Shown here: in pieces, positions 1 through 9,317 of the stretch | Layout of the letters: every line of letters begins with the position of its first letter | How positions within the stretch are numbered: the first letter of the stretch is position 1 | Assembly: GCA_963664395.2 (NCBI GenBank) | Contig: OY761159.2 | Location: forward strand, 4,352,001 to 4,416,000 | From: Candidatus Binatia bacterium | Lineage (GTDB): Bacteria; Desulfobacterota; Binatia; Bin18 | DNA length: 64,000 bases | Direction: 5' to 3' | Program-made: the position numbers and the translations under genes | The notes under the pieces: generated by a model | Seen by the model: the letters and a program-made list of their open reading frames with translations, nothing else | Databases searched by the model: none | Told to the model about the DNA's origin: nothing

Positions 1-242
1 CGCCGCCGTATCTTGCCTACCCGGTGACCGGGGGCATTACTTTCACCTTCGGCGGCCTCAAGTCCAACCCGAAAGCCCAAGTCATCCATTCTACGGGCCG
101 CGTCATTCCTGGCCTGTACGTCGCTGGCGAGCCTATGGGCGAGTTGTATTACTATAACTACATGGGCGCGACGTCGGTGTTGCGAGGAGCTGTGTTTGGG
201 CGCATTGCCGGCAGAGAAGCGGCTCGACAGGCTGCTGTATAG
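1..242 (+). CDS. C-terminal fragment of an FAD-binding dehydrogenase (TcuA/flavocytochrome c/ketosteroid dehydrogenase family); runs off the left edge
   Basis: GGITFTFGGL...VIPGLYVAGE...NYMGATSVLRGAVFGRIAG is the typical FAD_binding_2 C-terminus. Confidence 0.8.
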   Translation, partial: PPYLAYPVTGGITFTFGGLKSNPKAQVIHSTGRVIPGLYVAGEPMGELYYYNYMGATSVLRGAVFGRIAGREAARQAAV

Positions 243-256
243 AGCCCCTGTACCGC

Positions 257-712
257 TTACTGATAGTCTCTACCCGGGTTAAACCCGGCGGCGTCTTTGG
301 CCAACACACCCTTACCTGGAACGTAATTCACCTCGACCCGGATGCCGTCCGGGTCTTCAAATAAGACCGAGTAGTATCCCGGTGCCCACGGGCCTTCTTG
401 GGGCGGAGCAACGATTGTCGCGTTTAGCTCTTTCAGCAGGCCATAGACCTGATCCACATCTTCCATAGAACGTGCGCGAAAGCAGAAATGATGCAGCCCG
501 GTACGCGTTTGGACGAAACGCTCGTCTTGATGCGCAGGATCGCATCGCTGTATGCCAACCCCCGTCCGTGCGCCAACATGGTAACACATGTCTTCGCCGT
601 CAAAGACGAGCTGGAGGCCAAGAAACGGCAGCAGCTTCTTATAGAACGTCTGGCATTCTTCGAACCGACTGACAGTCAGAATAATATGCGCAATACCGTT
701 CACTTCAATCAT
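257..712 (-). CDS. VOC/glyoxalase family protein
   Basis: GIAHIILTV, GLHHFCF and YYSVLFEDPDGIRVE motifs. Confidence 0.9.
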   Translation of the reverse strand: MIEVNGIAHIILTVSRFEECQTFYKKLLPFLGLQLVFDGEDMCYHVGARTGVGIQRCDPAHQDERFVQTRTGLHHFCFRARSMEDVDQVYGLLKELNATIVAPPQEGPWAPGYYSVLFEDPDGIRVEVNYVPGKGVLAKDAAGFNPGRDYQ

Positions 713-721
713 GCTGACTTC

Positions 722-994
722 CTATCGGTCTTCACCCGGGACAGGGGCCAAGTGGGCTTCGGAGGCACGGATATGTTCTCCATGTGTTAAGGATTGTTGC
801 TTTTCACGACTGAGATAATAAAAACGCTGCGGACCGCCAGGACCTGTTTCGAGGAGTTGAGATATCACGGTATAGCGTGGAACAACAGGCTGCCGCGTTG
901 GCTCCAAGCAGCCCTTATGGGTGACGTATTGTCCGATGTGGTATTTGAATCCGAGATTATGTTTCGGCACCGGCTTCCTCCCATCTGGCCACAC
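722..994 (-). CDS. Hypothetical protein (90 aa)
   Basis: Fills the gap co-directionally with its neighbours; protein-like composition; no recognised motif. Confidence 0.5.
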   Translation of the reverse strand: MWPDGRKPVPKHNLGFKYHIGQYVTHKGCLEPTRQPVVPRYTVISQLLETGPGGPQRFYYLSREKQQSLTHGEHIRASEAHLAPVPGEDR

Positions 995-1040
995 TCTCTA
1001 GTGTAACCGGGTACGGAAGCAAGTACCGAACGCTTAGCGG

Positions 1041-1253
1041 TTACGCGGGGTGGGGCTGTGTGTCTCCTGCGAGACGTAAGTCCTCTAATTGACGAAGGGC
1101 GCGCTGGAACTGTTGCGTGGTGACCTGAAAGCGTTGGAACAATCGACGTGCATCGATCAGGTCATGTGGCTGGCGCAGTAGATGTTGGGCCAACCGTTCA
1201 GCAGGGTCCTCCTGCGTGCCCGAAGATGATAGAGGCTGGTCAGGGTCTGACAT
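1041..1253 (-). CDS. Hypothetical protein (70 aa)
   Basis: ATG preceded by GAAGGAG; helical-looking sequence. Confidence 0.6.
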   Translation of the reverse strand: MSDPDQPLSSSGTQEDPAERLAQHLLRQPHDLIDARRLFQRFQVTTQQFQRALRQLEDLRLAGDTQPHPA

Positions 1254-1427
1254 GCATTACTCCTTCTCTTTTTATTCCTTAATATCACCATGTACCTATT
1301 TCTACACAATCGGCAATCCCCCTATAAAATATCAGACCTCTCTATTCGATATACAATCGGAAAAGTCCCTGTTTTTCAAATCCTTAGAGGTTTTTCCGGA
1401 GGAACTACGGAAGAGGAATCGGTCTTC

Positions 1428-2588
1428 TTATTTCCCTGTATATTTCGACTTGAATACCTCGTCCGTATGCTCTCCCAGCTTCGGAGCGCGGGACCGAAAA
1501 TCAGGCCGTTGCCCATCAATCGAAAAGGGTAAACTCATGACCTCAAGAGCAGAGCCGGGCACCTGACGAATAATATCCATAGCCTTGGTTTGCGGCTGAG
1601 CAAGCACTTCAGGAATAGTCAGAATCGGGGCACACGGAACGCCTATGGCTTCCAGTCGCTCCAGCCATGTTTCCTTTGGCTCTTGCGCCATATGAGCGGC
1701 AATTTCTTGCATAAGATACTCTCGATGCTCCATGCGACCGGCATTCGTTTGATAGCGGGGATCGGTTGCCCACTCGTCGCGTCCGAGGGCTTTGGCGAGT
1801 TTCAGGAACAGACGACTATTGGCGACCCCCAGGACTAATGGACCGTTCTGCGTTTCGAACGCGCCAAAGGCGACCTGGCGTGGGCTGCCAGTTGCATGGC
1901 GAGAGGGAGCTTTTCCGGTCTTTTTATATTGGATCAGGGCTGTACTGACATAGAAGACCGCCGTCTCAAACAGTGAGGCTGTAATAACGCAGCCGCGGCC
2001 GGTTGCGTCCCGCTTGCGCAGAGCTGCCAGCGTGGCAATAGCTGTCCACATACCAGTCCCATAATCAACGACCGAGGTGCCCATACGTACTGGAGGGCCG
2101 TCTTCTTGTCCCGTCATGCTCATAAGCCCGCCAAACGCCTGGAGGAGAATTTCATAACCGGGCTTGTCTTTAAGCGGCCCGGTGTGCCCAAAGGCGGTCA
2201 CCGCACAGTAGATGAGTTTGGGGTTTCGAGAGAGGAGTCGGTCTGCTCCCAGTCCGACTTGCTCAGCAACCCCGGGACGTAAATTATGGAGAAAAATGTC
2301 GCTCTGTTCGATCAGTTGATACAGGCGTTGCATCTCCTCCGCGTCTTTGAAGTTGACCACGACGGACCGCTTGTTACGGTTCATATTATGAAAGGGCAGG
2401 GCCGTATCATCGACAAATGGCGGTCCCCAGGCCCGTGCATCATCTCCGGTCTCAGGCCGCTCGACCTTGATCACGTCAGCGCCCAGGTCGGCCAGAATGG
2501 CGCCGGCTAAGGGGCCGGCCAGGTTCAAGCCAACCTCAACAACTTTTACTCCCGAGAGCGGCATAATATTCTCCGTTTCGTTGCGCAC
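1428..2588 (-). CDS. CaiB/BaiF family III CoA-transferase (start may be 2564)
   Basis: PLSGVKVVE, LADLGADVIKVERP..GDDAR, NRNKRS, APKLGEHT. Confidence 0.95.
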   Translation of the reverse strand: MRNETENIMPLSGVKVVEVGLNLAGPLAGAILADLGADVIKVERPETGDDARAWGPPFVDDTALPFHNMNRNKRSVVVNFKDAEEMQRLYQLIEQSDIFLHNLRPGVAEQVGLGADRLLSRNPKLIYCAVTAFGHTGPLKDKPGYEILLQAFGGLMSMTGQEDGPPVRMGTSVVDYGTGMWTAIATLAALRKRDATGRGCVITASLFETAVFYVSTALIQYKKTGKAPSRHATGSPRQVAFGAFETQNGPLVLGVANSRLFLKLAKALGRDEWATDPRYQTNAGRMEHREYLMQEIAAHMAQEPKETWLERLEAIGVPCAPILTIPEVLAQPQTKAMDIIRQVPGSALEVMSLPFSIDGQRPDFRSRAPKLGEHTDEVFKSKYTGK

Positions 2589-2704
2589 GCAGAGAGCGAG
2601 GTGTGGCCGTTGTATGAGTTGTTCTGTACGAGGTCAAGGAAGCCGCTGGTGCTTGGTTCGGCGAAATAATGACGATCACTCATCGGACTCGCCAGTGTGG
2701 CGGA

Positions 2705-2992
2705 CTAAAGAAGGAGGCTCAACACAACGCAAACGCCAATAAAAAGCAGGCCGGCTATGATGAACAGACCACAGCCCAGGCTCCTGTGTGCTTCCTCCTG
2801 GGTAAATGACTGGTCCTGTTCCCCTTGTTGGTACTGTTGATCTTGCTGATCTTGGAGCTGCGCCAGGCTTGGGCGGGTTGGTTTTCCAGAGCGCAAATCA
2901 TAGCCGCAGAAGCGACACACTACTGCCCGTCTCTTAATGGCTTCGGCACAGTACGGACATGACTTGATGCTGAAGGAGAGAATTCTTCTCAT
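2705..2992 (-). CDS. Zinc-ribbon membrane protein
   Basis: CPYCAEAI...VCRFCG followed by a Q-rich linker and a C-terminal TM helix. Confidence 0.7.
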   Translation of the reverse strand: MRRILSFSIKSCPYCAEAIKRRAVVCRFCGYDLRSGKPTRPSLAQLQDQQDQQYQQGEQDQSFTQEEAHRSLGCGLFIIAGLLFIGVCVVLSLLL

Positions 2993-3032
2993 TCTTCTGC
3001 ATTCCCCTGTCTGTCGAATGCCGGGTTGCTAG

Positions 3033-3827
3033 TTAGCAACCCCGAAAATTTGGCTTACGCTTGGCCAGAAACGCAGCCACGCCTTCACGAAAATCCTCGC
3101 TCATATAGGCGCGGACAACCAAGTCTTCTCCCAAAATATCTTCGCCAATCGCGCGACGATGCTGTTGTAAGCGACGAATGGCCTCTTTGGTAACCTGGAG
3201 GGTAAGGGGGGCGTTCTGAGATATTTCTTCGGCTATCTGACGGACCTGTTGAGGAAGCTGATCAGCTTCAAAAATCTCATTCACCAAACCAAATTGCAGG
3301 GCCTCATTCGCCCCTACAAGTCTGGCACGAAACATCAGCTCTTTCGTCCTCGCCGGACCTATGGCGTCAACAATACGGGAATGGATAGCTACGGTCAGAC
3401 AGTTTCCCAAGGTCCGGGCAATGGGAAAACCAATCCGACTATCGGGTGTGCAATAGCGCAGGTCACTCACCAAAGCCAAAGCTGCACCGGCCCCGACGGC
3501 AAAGCCTTGAATCGCGGCAATAACCGGCTTTTTCACCGCTTCCAGGCGACTGATAAGCCGCTCGAGTTTGCGCTCGTATTCGATCGCGTCTTTGTTTTCC
3601 TTGAACGAGGTAAACTGGCTAATGTCCGTACCCGAGACAAAGGCTTTGTCTCCGGCGCCCTGAAGGATGAGCACTTTGATGGCATCGTCCTGGTCAACGA
3701 TGTCGCAGGCTTTTTCCAAGGCGGCGTACATGCCCCAGGTGAGGGCGTTGCGAGCCTCAGGTCGGTTAAAGGTCACTGTTGCAATCGATCCATCAGATCC
3801 ATTGTGATTGAAAAGGAGTTCGCTCAT
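3033..3827 (-). CDS. Enoyl-CoA hydratase/isomerase family protein
   Basis: TFNRPEARNAL, AFVSGTDI, KPVIAAIQG, SEDFREGVAAFLAKRKP; start reassigned to MSELL to avoid overlap with the upstream gene. Confidence 0.93.
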   Translation of the reverse strand: MSELLFNHNGSDGSIATVTFNRPEARNALTWGMYAALEKACDIVDQDDAIKVLILQGAGDKAFVSGTDISQFTSFKENKDAIEYERKLERLISRLEAVKKPVIAAIQGFAVGAGAALALVSDLRYCTPDSRIGFPIARTLGNCLTVAIHSRIVDAIGPARTKELMFRARLVGANEALQFGLVNEIFEADQLPQQVRQIAEEISQNAPLTLQVTKEAIRRLQQHRRAIGEDILGEDLVVRAYMSEDFREGVAAFLAKRKPNFRGC

Positions 3828-3885
3828 ACTGGCGGTCCGTCTCTTCCTCGGTTGCCTCTCTTGGGAGAAGAGAGGATTATCTGTG

Positions 3886-5505
3886 TCATGAAGGTGACTG
3901 AAGTGCCAATTGTTCGCCTTCACTCTTGGCGATAACCGTTGTGACCGCCAGGTCTCCTGTGACATTCACAGCCGTCCGGAACATATCGAGAATCCGGTCC
4001 ACGCCGAGGATTAACGCCAGACCCACAGTCGGAATTCCGGTCGAAGTCAAGACGAGTGCTAATGTAATAATCCCAGCCCCAGGAACTCCAGCAGCACCAA
4101 CTGAGGCCATGGTCGCGGCAAGAACAATGCTAAGTTGACTGCCGAAGGAAAGGTCGGTTTGAAAAACCTGCGCAATAAAAATTGCCGCGACACCTTGATA
4201 GAGGGCCGTGCCGTCCATATTCACGGTAGAGCCCAGGGGGAGGACAAAGCTCGCTACCGGATTACTCACACCGATATTCTTCTCCGCGCACTCTATGGAA
4301 ACGGGCAGGGTTGCTGACGAAGAAGAGGTTGAAAAAGCGATGAGTTGAGCCGGACGTACGGCACGCATAAACGAACCCCACGGCAGGCGACCTATGAGGC
4401 AAACCAAGCCGCCATACACAATGCCGGCATGAATGGCCAAGCCAAGTACGACCGTGCAGCCATACATGAGCAGGGCAGTCAGCACGCTAATACCACTCGT
4501 CCCCAGCACTTCTGCGATAAGGGCGGCAACGCCGTACGGTGCCAACTCCATCACCCAGCCTATGATGACGATCATGGCGTCCTGAAGCTTCTCAAAGAGC
4601 GTGACAACAATGCGGCCCTCCTCAGGGCCCAGAGCCGTGAGCGCGACACCCAAGACAATCGCGAAGAAAATAATTTGCAGCATATTCCCGCTGGTGAGCG
4701 AGTCGATTGGATTCGGCGGGATAATGTCGAGGAGGGTAGCGACCATAGAGGGTGCCACTGCTGCCGCGGACATCCGATCGCCAGCCGCAGCTCCGAACTG
4801 GGCAAGTAGTACGGTGCGGTCGGCCGGGTCAATAAATTGCCCCGGTTGTATGACATATGCGCAGGCAAGCCCTATGGAGACCGCAACCGCCGTTGTTCCA
4901 AGGTAGAGGCCAAACGTTCGGCTACCCAGGCGTCCAAGTTTGCGAATATCCCCAAGGCTCGCAACTCCGACGAGAAGTGAGGCGAAAACCAGGGGTACGA
5001 CGACCATTTTGATCAGCCGCATGAATACCTGACCTATGGGACGCAAGACGGTGATAACCTGCTCACCGAGCCAGCTGGTAGGCCGTGGGGAAAAAGTAAA
5101 GCCGCCGCCCTCCAACGGCGTCCTGGAAATCTGCAACCAGCCTTCCACCCGGCCTCCCGGCGTGATTGCGCCAAGTTGCTGACGGAGGTGGCCGGACTGG
5201 TCTGCGAGCGAGAGTCTTCGACTAAAAGGAAACTGGACTTTAGCCCAAACCGGGACTTCTCTTTCCTCTCCAAGAAGATCCTGATGGTGCTCGAGTCTGG
5301 TTTCGAGCACCATCATCTGGACTGGAACGCCAGCCGGAACCTGAACACGAGAGGCCGCATCGGATGGGTTGTGCTGAAAGACGATCTGCGAGGCATCGCG
5401 AATGTCATAGACATCGTGCGTCAGGAAGAGGGAATTCGGGCCGAGAAAGAGACCCAACACCGTACCAACCGCCATCCCGATGAGAATCTTGGTATAGACC
5501 TGCAT
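3886..5505 (-). CDS. Dicarboxylate/amino acid:cation symporter (DAACS, GltP/GltT-like) with a large N-terminal insertion
   Basis: FMRLIKMVVVPLVFASL, FSTSSSSATLP, NMDGT, GVDRILDMFRTAVNV; start reassigned to MQVYTKIL. Confidence 0.93.
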   Translation of the reverse strand: MQVYTKILIGMAVGTVLGLFLGPNSLFLTHDVYDIRDASQIVFQHNPSDAASRVQVPAGVPVQMMVLETRLEHHQDLLGEEREVPVWAKVQFPFSRRLSLADQSGHLRQQLGAITPGGRVEGWLQISRTPLEGGGFTFSPRPTSWLGEQVITVLRPIGQVFMRLIKMVVVPLVFASLLVGVASLGDIRKLGRLGSRTFGLYLGTTAVAVSIGLACAYVIQPGQFIDPADRTVLLAQFGAAAGDRMSAAAVAPSMVATLLDIIPPNPIDSLTSGNMLQIIFFAIVLGVALTALGPEEGRIVVTLFEKLQDAMIVIIGWVMELAPYGVAALIAEVLGTSGISVLTALLMYGCTVVLGLAIHAGIVYGGLVCLIGRLPWGSFMRAVRPAQLIAFSTSSSSATLPVSIECAEKNIGVSNPVASFVLPLGSTVNMDGTALYQGVAAIFIAQVFQTDLSFGSQLSIVLAATMASVGAAGVPGAGIITLALVLTSTGIPTVGLALILGVDRILDMFRTAVNVTGDLAVTTVIAKSEGEQLALQSPS

Positions 5506-5527
5506 ACGTTCTTCGATAGCTGTTCGG

Positions 5528-6436
5528 CTACGACTCGTTCGCGTCGTCCCAGGTGCCGCGTACGGTTGTCTCAGTCTGTTGTTCCAAGGCTTTGATAGTC
5601 GCCAACACGTCTTCCTGAGCAAACCCGCCCGACTGATACTCTTTGAGTAGCCCTTGTGCGGCTGAGGCCATCGTCAGGGGCACATCCAATTCCGTGCCAA
5701 GAGCAGTGGCGAGACCCATATCTTTACAGGCGAGATCAATCGTAAACGTTGGGGCGAGCCGATCGCGTAAAATGGCTCTGGTACCCGACTCCCAGATAAA
5801 ACTATTCCCGCTGCTGGCTTTCACGATTTTCCACAGCGCATTCGGATCGACGCCAGCCTTGGCTCCGAGGATGAGGGCTTCGGCAGCACCCATCATATGA
5901 ATAAAGGCCAACATATTGTTCGCCAGCTTGGCCACGTTGCCCGCGCCAATATCCCCAACATGAAATACATTGCTGCCCATACATTGCAGTGCGGGCTCAC
6001 ACGACTCGTACACAGCCTTTTCCCCTCCAACCATGATAGCCAGCGTCCCTTTGCGTGCGCCGCGCACCCCACCGCTGACCGGCGCATCAAGAAAATTCAC
6101 GCCCTGCGCATTGGCCTTTTCTGCCAGGCGTTTGACTACGGTGGGCGCATTCGTACTCATGTCAACAATGGTTTTTCCTGTGGCAATACCCGCCAAAGCG
6201 CCGTTGTCAGCCAGCACCACTTCTTCGACATGCGCCGGCATGGGTAAAGACAGAAAGACTGCTTCAACCCCTGTGGCCGCGGCTTTGGGACTCTCCACCC
6301 AGGTCGCACCATCTTCAATAAGGTTCTCCGCGGCTTCGCGTTTGACGTCATACACTTGAAGGGCATGGCCGGCCTTCAGAAGATTGAGCGCCATCGGGTT
6401 GCCCATATTTCCAACACCAACAAATCCCAGTTTCAT
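5528..6436 (-). CDS. 3-hydroxyisobutyrate dehydrogenase / tartronate semialdehyde reductase family oxidoreductase
   Basis: GFVGVGNMGNPMA, FLDAPVSGG, KLANN. Confidence 0.93.
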   Translation of the reverse strand: MKLGFVGVGNMGNPMALNLLKAGHALQVYDVKREAAENLIEDGATWVESPKAAATGVEAVFLSLPMPAHVEEVVLADNGALAGIATGKTIVDMSTNAPTVVKRLAEKANAQGVNFLDAPVSGGVRGARKGTLAIMVGGEKAVYESCEPALQCMGSNVFHVGDIGAGNVAKLANNMLAFIHMMGAAEALILGAKAGVDPNALWKIVKASSGNSFIWESGTRAILRDRLAPTFTIDLACKDMGLATALGTELDVPLTMASAAQGLLKEYQSGGFAQEDVLATIKALEQQTETTVRGTWDDANES

Positions 6437-7005
6437 TGTGTCCTCCTCTTATCGTGCGAAACAGATGCTGTGAGGTCTATATGAATATGTAAATCATCTG
6501 CAATACGGTCGAGCTGGTCTCTCAGGGTCGTTTCGGTAACGTTGCTCGGAACGGCGATAGTGATCCGCATATGATAGATCACGGTGCCGCTGCCCGGCTC
6601 TGGCTGGGCTGCGGTCTGCATTTGCACAATACTCACCCCCTGCTCGGCTAAGCAGCGTGCCACACGGGCAACAATGCCGGCTTTATCCACACCCGTCGCG
6701 ACAAGTTCATAGCCGCGTGTCTCGTGGTTGGCACCGTAGGACAGCGGCTCTTCTTCAAGCCGGCGAAAAAAGACGGTCAGCCGCTTTTCCCATTCGAGCC
6801 GCTTGCAGGCCGCTGACAGACGGTACTGGCAGTCCGGACTCTGGCCCGAGAGGAGCAGGAGCACGGCAAATTCGCCCCCAAGAATGGTCATGCTGGAATC
6901 TTCGAGGTTGCAATCACACTCGAAAATAAGTTCCGCCAAGTCGGCGACAATGCCGGGTCGATCTCGACCGATGGCAGATAATGCGAACCACTGTTTCACT
7001 GGCAA
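6433..7005 (-). CDS. ACT-domain protein, GcvR-like
   Basis: Two ACT domains: GRDRPGIV..NLEDSSM and GVDKAGIV. Confidence 0.88.
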   Translation of the reverse strand: MPVKQWFALSAIGRDRPGIVADLAELIFECDCNLEDSSMTILGGEFAVLLLLSGQSPDCQYRLSAACKRLEWEKRLTVFFRRLEEEPLSYGANHETRGYELVATGVDKAGIVARVARCLAEQGVSIVQMQTAAQPEPGSGTVIYHMRITIAVPSNVTETTLRDQLDRIADDLHIHIDLTASVSHDKRRTQ

Positions 7006-7032
7006 TTCCTTGGCGTCCGGGCGCGGTAAGGA

Positions 7033-7821
7033 TCAGGCGCGTTGCGCTTGTACGGCTTCAACCAACTGACTGAGGATGGAAGCTGATGAGCCGCGCAGGC
7101 TCAGCGTGCATAAGGGGGTTAATTCGCTTTCGTATAAATTCACCTCGATCAGCGTGCCGCCTTTCTGGCTGACCGCAATGGGGAAGGCGGCGGCCGGATA
7201 CACGGTGGCCGAGGTACCGGCGACGATCATACAGTCGCACAATTGCGTTTCGCTATAACATCGCTCAAGCGCATCCTGCGGAATGGGTTCGCCAAACGAG
7301 ACGGTATCGCTTTTGAGAATACCCGAACAGTTGGGACATTCCGGCGGGAGCTTGTGCAGGGGCACCTCGGCGCCCGGAAAGCGGGAGTTGCAGGCAATGC
7401 AGCGCACTAGGCTATAGTTGCCGTGGATTTCAATGAGGTTCCGGCTGCCGGCTCGGCGGTGCAGGTTGTCGACGTTTTGCGTAATCATGCTGCGCAAGAT
7501 GCCCATATTTTCCAGGTCAACGAATGCGCTGTGGCCCTCATTCGGCTCTGCCGTGCCCAGGGTCTGCCATATCTCCTTGCTCGGTCCTGAGGGCGACAGG
7601 CGCTCTTCCCAGGCCTTCTTCGGGTCCTGCAGAAACAACTCGTAGCCGTTCATGGGCGGCTCTCCGTACTTTGTCCACAACCCGCCCGGCCCACGAAACG
7701 GCGGAATCCCGCTTTCAACAGAGATGCCGGCGCCTGTCAGAGCCATGACATAGCTGGCCGACAGGAGGCGTTGCACGGCTTCCTGAATTATTTCGGGTTG
7801 GTTTGTTTCCGCCATATGCAC
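7033..7821 (-). CDS. cobB: Sir2-family NAD-dependent protein deacylase
   Basis: TGAGISVESGIPPFRG, TQNVDNLH, EIHG, two CxxC pairs, GTSATVYPAA. Confidence 0.92.
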   Translation of the reverse strand: MHMAETNQPEIIQEAVQRLLSASYVMALTGAGISVESGIPPFRGPGGLWTKYGEPPMNGYELFLQDPKKAWEERLSPSGPSKEIWQTLGTAEPNEGHSAFVDLENMGILRSMITQNVDNLHRRAGSRNLIEIHGNYSLVRCIACNSRFPGAEVPLHKLPPECPNCSGILKSDTVSFGEPIPQDALERCYSETQLCDCMIVAGTSATVYPAAAFPIAVSQKGGTLIEVNLYESELTPLCTLSLRGSSASILSQLVEAVQAQRA

Positions 7822-7857
7822 TCTCTTTTTGTTCAGCGCTGCGTGCCTCGTCGCCGC

Positions 7858-8616
7858 TCACTTGCCCTGCCAATTCGGCGTCCGTTTTTCAGCAAAGGCG
7901 AGGGCGCCTTCACGCGCATCTTCGGTCTCTTGCAGTTCACTATACAGCCTGCGTTCCAATTTGAGTCCTTCCTCAAGCGGCGCATCCAGACCGCGTAAGG
8001 AGGCTTGCTTGATATGCTGCACGGCCAGCGGCGCGCTTTTACAGATCTCTTCCGCGATCTCTTCACACTTGGGCATAAGCTGACGCATGGGGACGAGGTG
8101 GTCAACCAGACCGAGACGGTAGGCTTCTTCGGCGGAAATGCGAGCGCCGGTATACAGCAGTTCCAAGGCCCGCCCCAGAGGAATGATGCGGGGCAAGCGT
8201 TGCGTCCCGCCTGCGCCCGGCAGCCAGCCCAGGCGGACTTCACCAAACCCGAATTGAGCATGCTCCGCAGCCACGCGGATATCACACGCCAGGGCCTGCT
8301 CCAGACCACCGCCATTCGCGTGGCCGTTGATGGCCGCAATGATGGGTTTATACAGATCGAATAGAACCGGGAAGAGGTTGGTATTTTCGTTTTTTGGACG
8401 ATTGACGTAATTGGCTTTCACGTCACTCCCGGCACTAAACGCCCGCTCACCCGTTCCGGTCAGAATACCGACCCGTAAGTTCGGATCATCCCGAAATTCG
8501 GTCCAGATGTCCGCCAGCATATTATAGGTTTCAAAGTCGCAGGCGTTGAGGCGTTCCGGACGGTTAATCGTCACGTAGGCGATCTGGCCCTTTTTCTCAA
8601 AAAGCACTTTCGACAT
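7858..8616 (-). CDS. Enoyl-CoA hydratase/isomerase family protein
   Basis: INRPERLNA, AFSAGSD, GGGLEQALACD, GGTQRLPR. Confidence 0.94.
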   Translation of the reverse strand: MSKVLFEKKGQIAYVTINRPERLNACDFETYNMLADIWTEFRDDPNLRVGILTGTGERAFSAGSDVKANYVNRPKNENTNLFPVLFDLYKPIIAAINGHANGGGLEQALACDIRVAAEHAQFGFGEVRLGWLPGAGGTQRLPRIIPLGRALELLYTGARISAEEAYRLGLVDHLVPMRQLMPKCEEIAEEICKSAPLAVQHIKQASLRGLDAPLEEGLKLERRLYSELQETEDAREGALAFAEKRTPNWQGK

Positions 8617-8691
8617 ATAGCCCTCCTCAACCGTCAGCTATCAGGTGAAAGGTGAGGGAGGCAAGGGGAATAGGGGGGTGGAGACTGGGGA

Positions 8692-8721
8692 GCGGCCTTA
8701 CCATGTGGTAAGCCGGCCTAC
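8692..8721 (-). repeat. REP-like palindrome starting with GTAG
   Basis: Minus strand GTAGGCCGGCTTACC-ACAT-GGTAAGGCCGC hairpin in an intergenic space. Confidence 0.5.
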
Positions 8722-8762
8722 ATTGAGAGCATCCCAGATGATGGCGCAGGTATCTAAAACAA

Positions 8763-9313
8763 TCACTGCATAGCGTCCCATTGAGCATCTATCGGCGAGG
8801 TAACATCGTGAATCTTAGCGGTCTGAGATAGCCTTTTGAGCTTGGTTTTCGCTTGGCAGTATACAATTTCGCAGCTTTGGCGAGGCTCGTCGTACTCCCA
8901 AATTTCTACATCCTTTGGGATCAGGTGTGGATACGTTCGTATATAGTAGTGCGTAAGGGTTTCCTTTGTTTTTGGTCTCTCATGGCGGAGAACAAAGAAT
9001 ATCTTTCGATATTTTCTTGGGCTGCAATAGAAGTAATACATCGCTTCGTTCCAGCCTGTCATCTTGGCGCTAGGAACGTTCCCACTGGAAGTCCATTTAT
9101 GAGACTTGCATTCGACGAGCACAGGCGGTTCTTTAGAACCAAGGTCAAAAAATGAGATTTCTTTCTTATTTTTCTGCAGATGCCAACTTCTACAGGAAAA
9201 TTCTTTACAACGTGAATGCCCCTTTCCGCTAATGCAGCCATAGCTAATTGTTCAAAATGTCTGCCAACATGGGGGTTGCTGATTGAACCGATTCTTTGAA
9301 AATTCTCAGCCAT
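8763..9313 (-). pseudogene. Frameshifted PD-(D/E)XK-like nuclease-family gene, lower GC than neighbours
   Basis: ORFs 9059-9313 and 8763-9122 join into one protein (...KKSH/FDLGSKEPPVLVECKSHKW...) if one T is added to the T6 run near 9147-9152. Confidence 0.7.
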
Positions 9314-9317
9314 AATA

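Noticed and set aside
3249-5595. Plus-strand ORFs of 139-228 aa (and similar shadow ORFs throughout the window)
   Set aside because: Antisense shadows of well-supported genes in GC-rich DNA.
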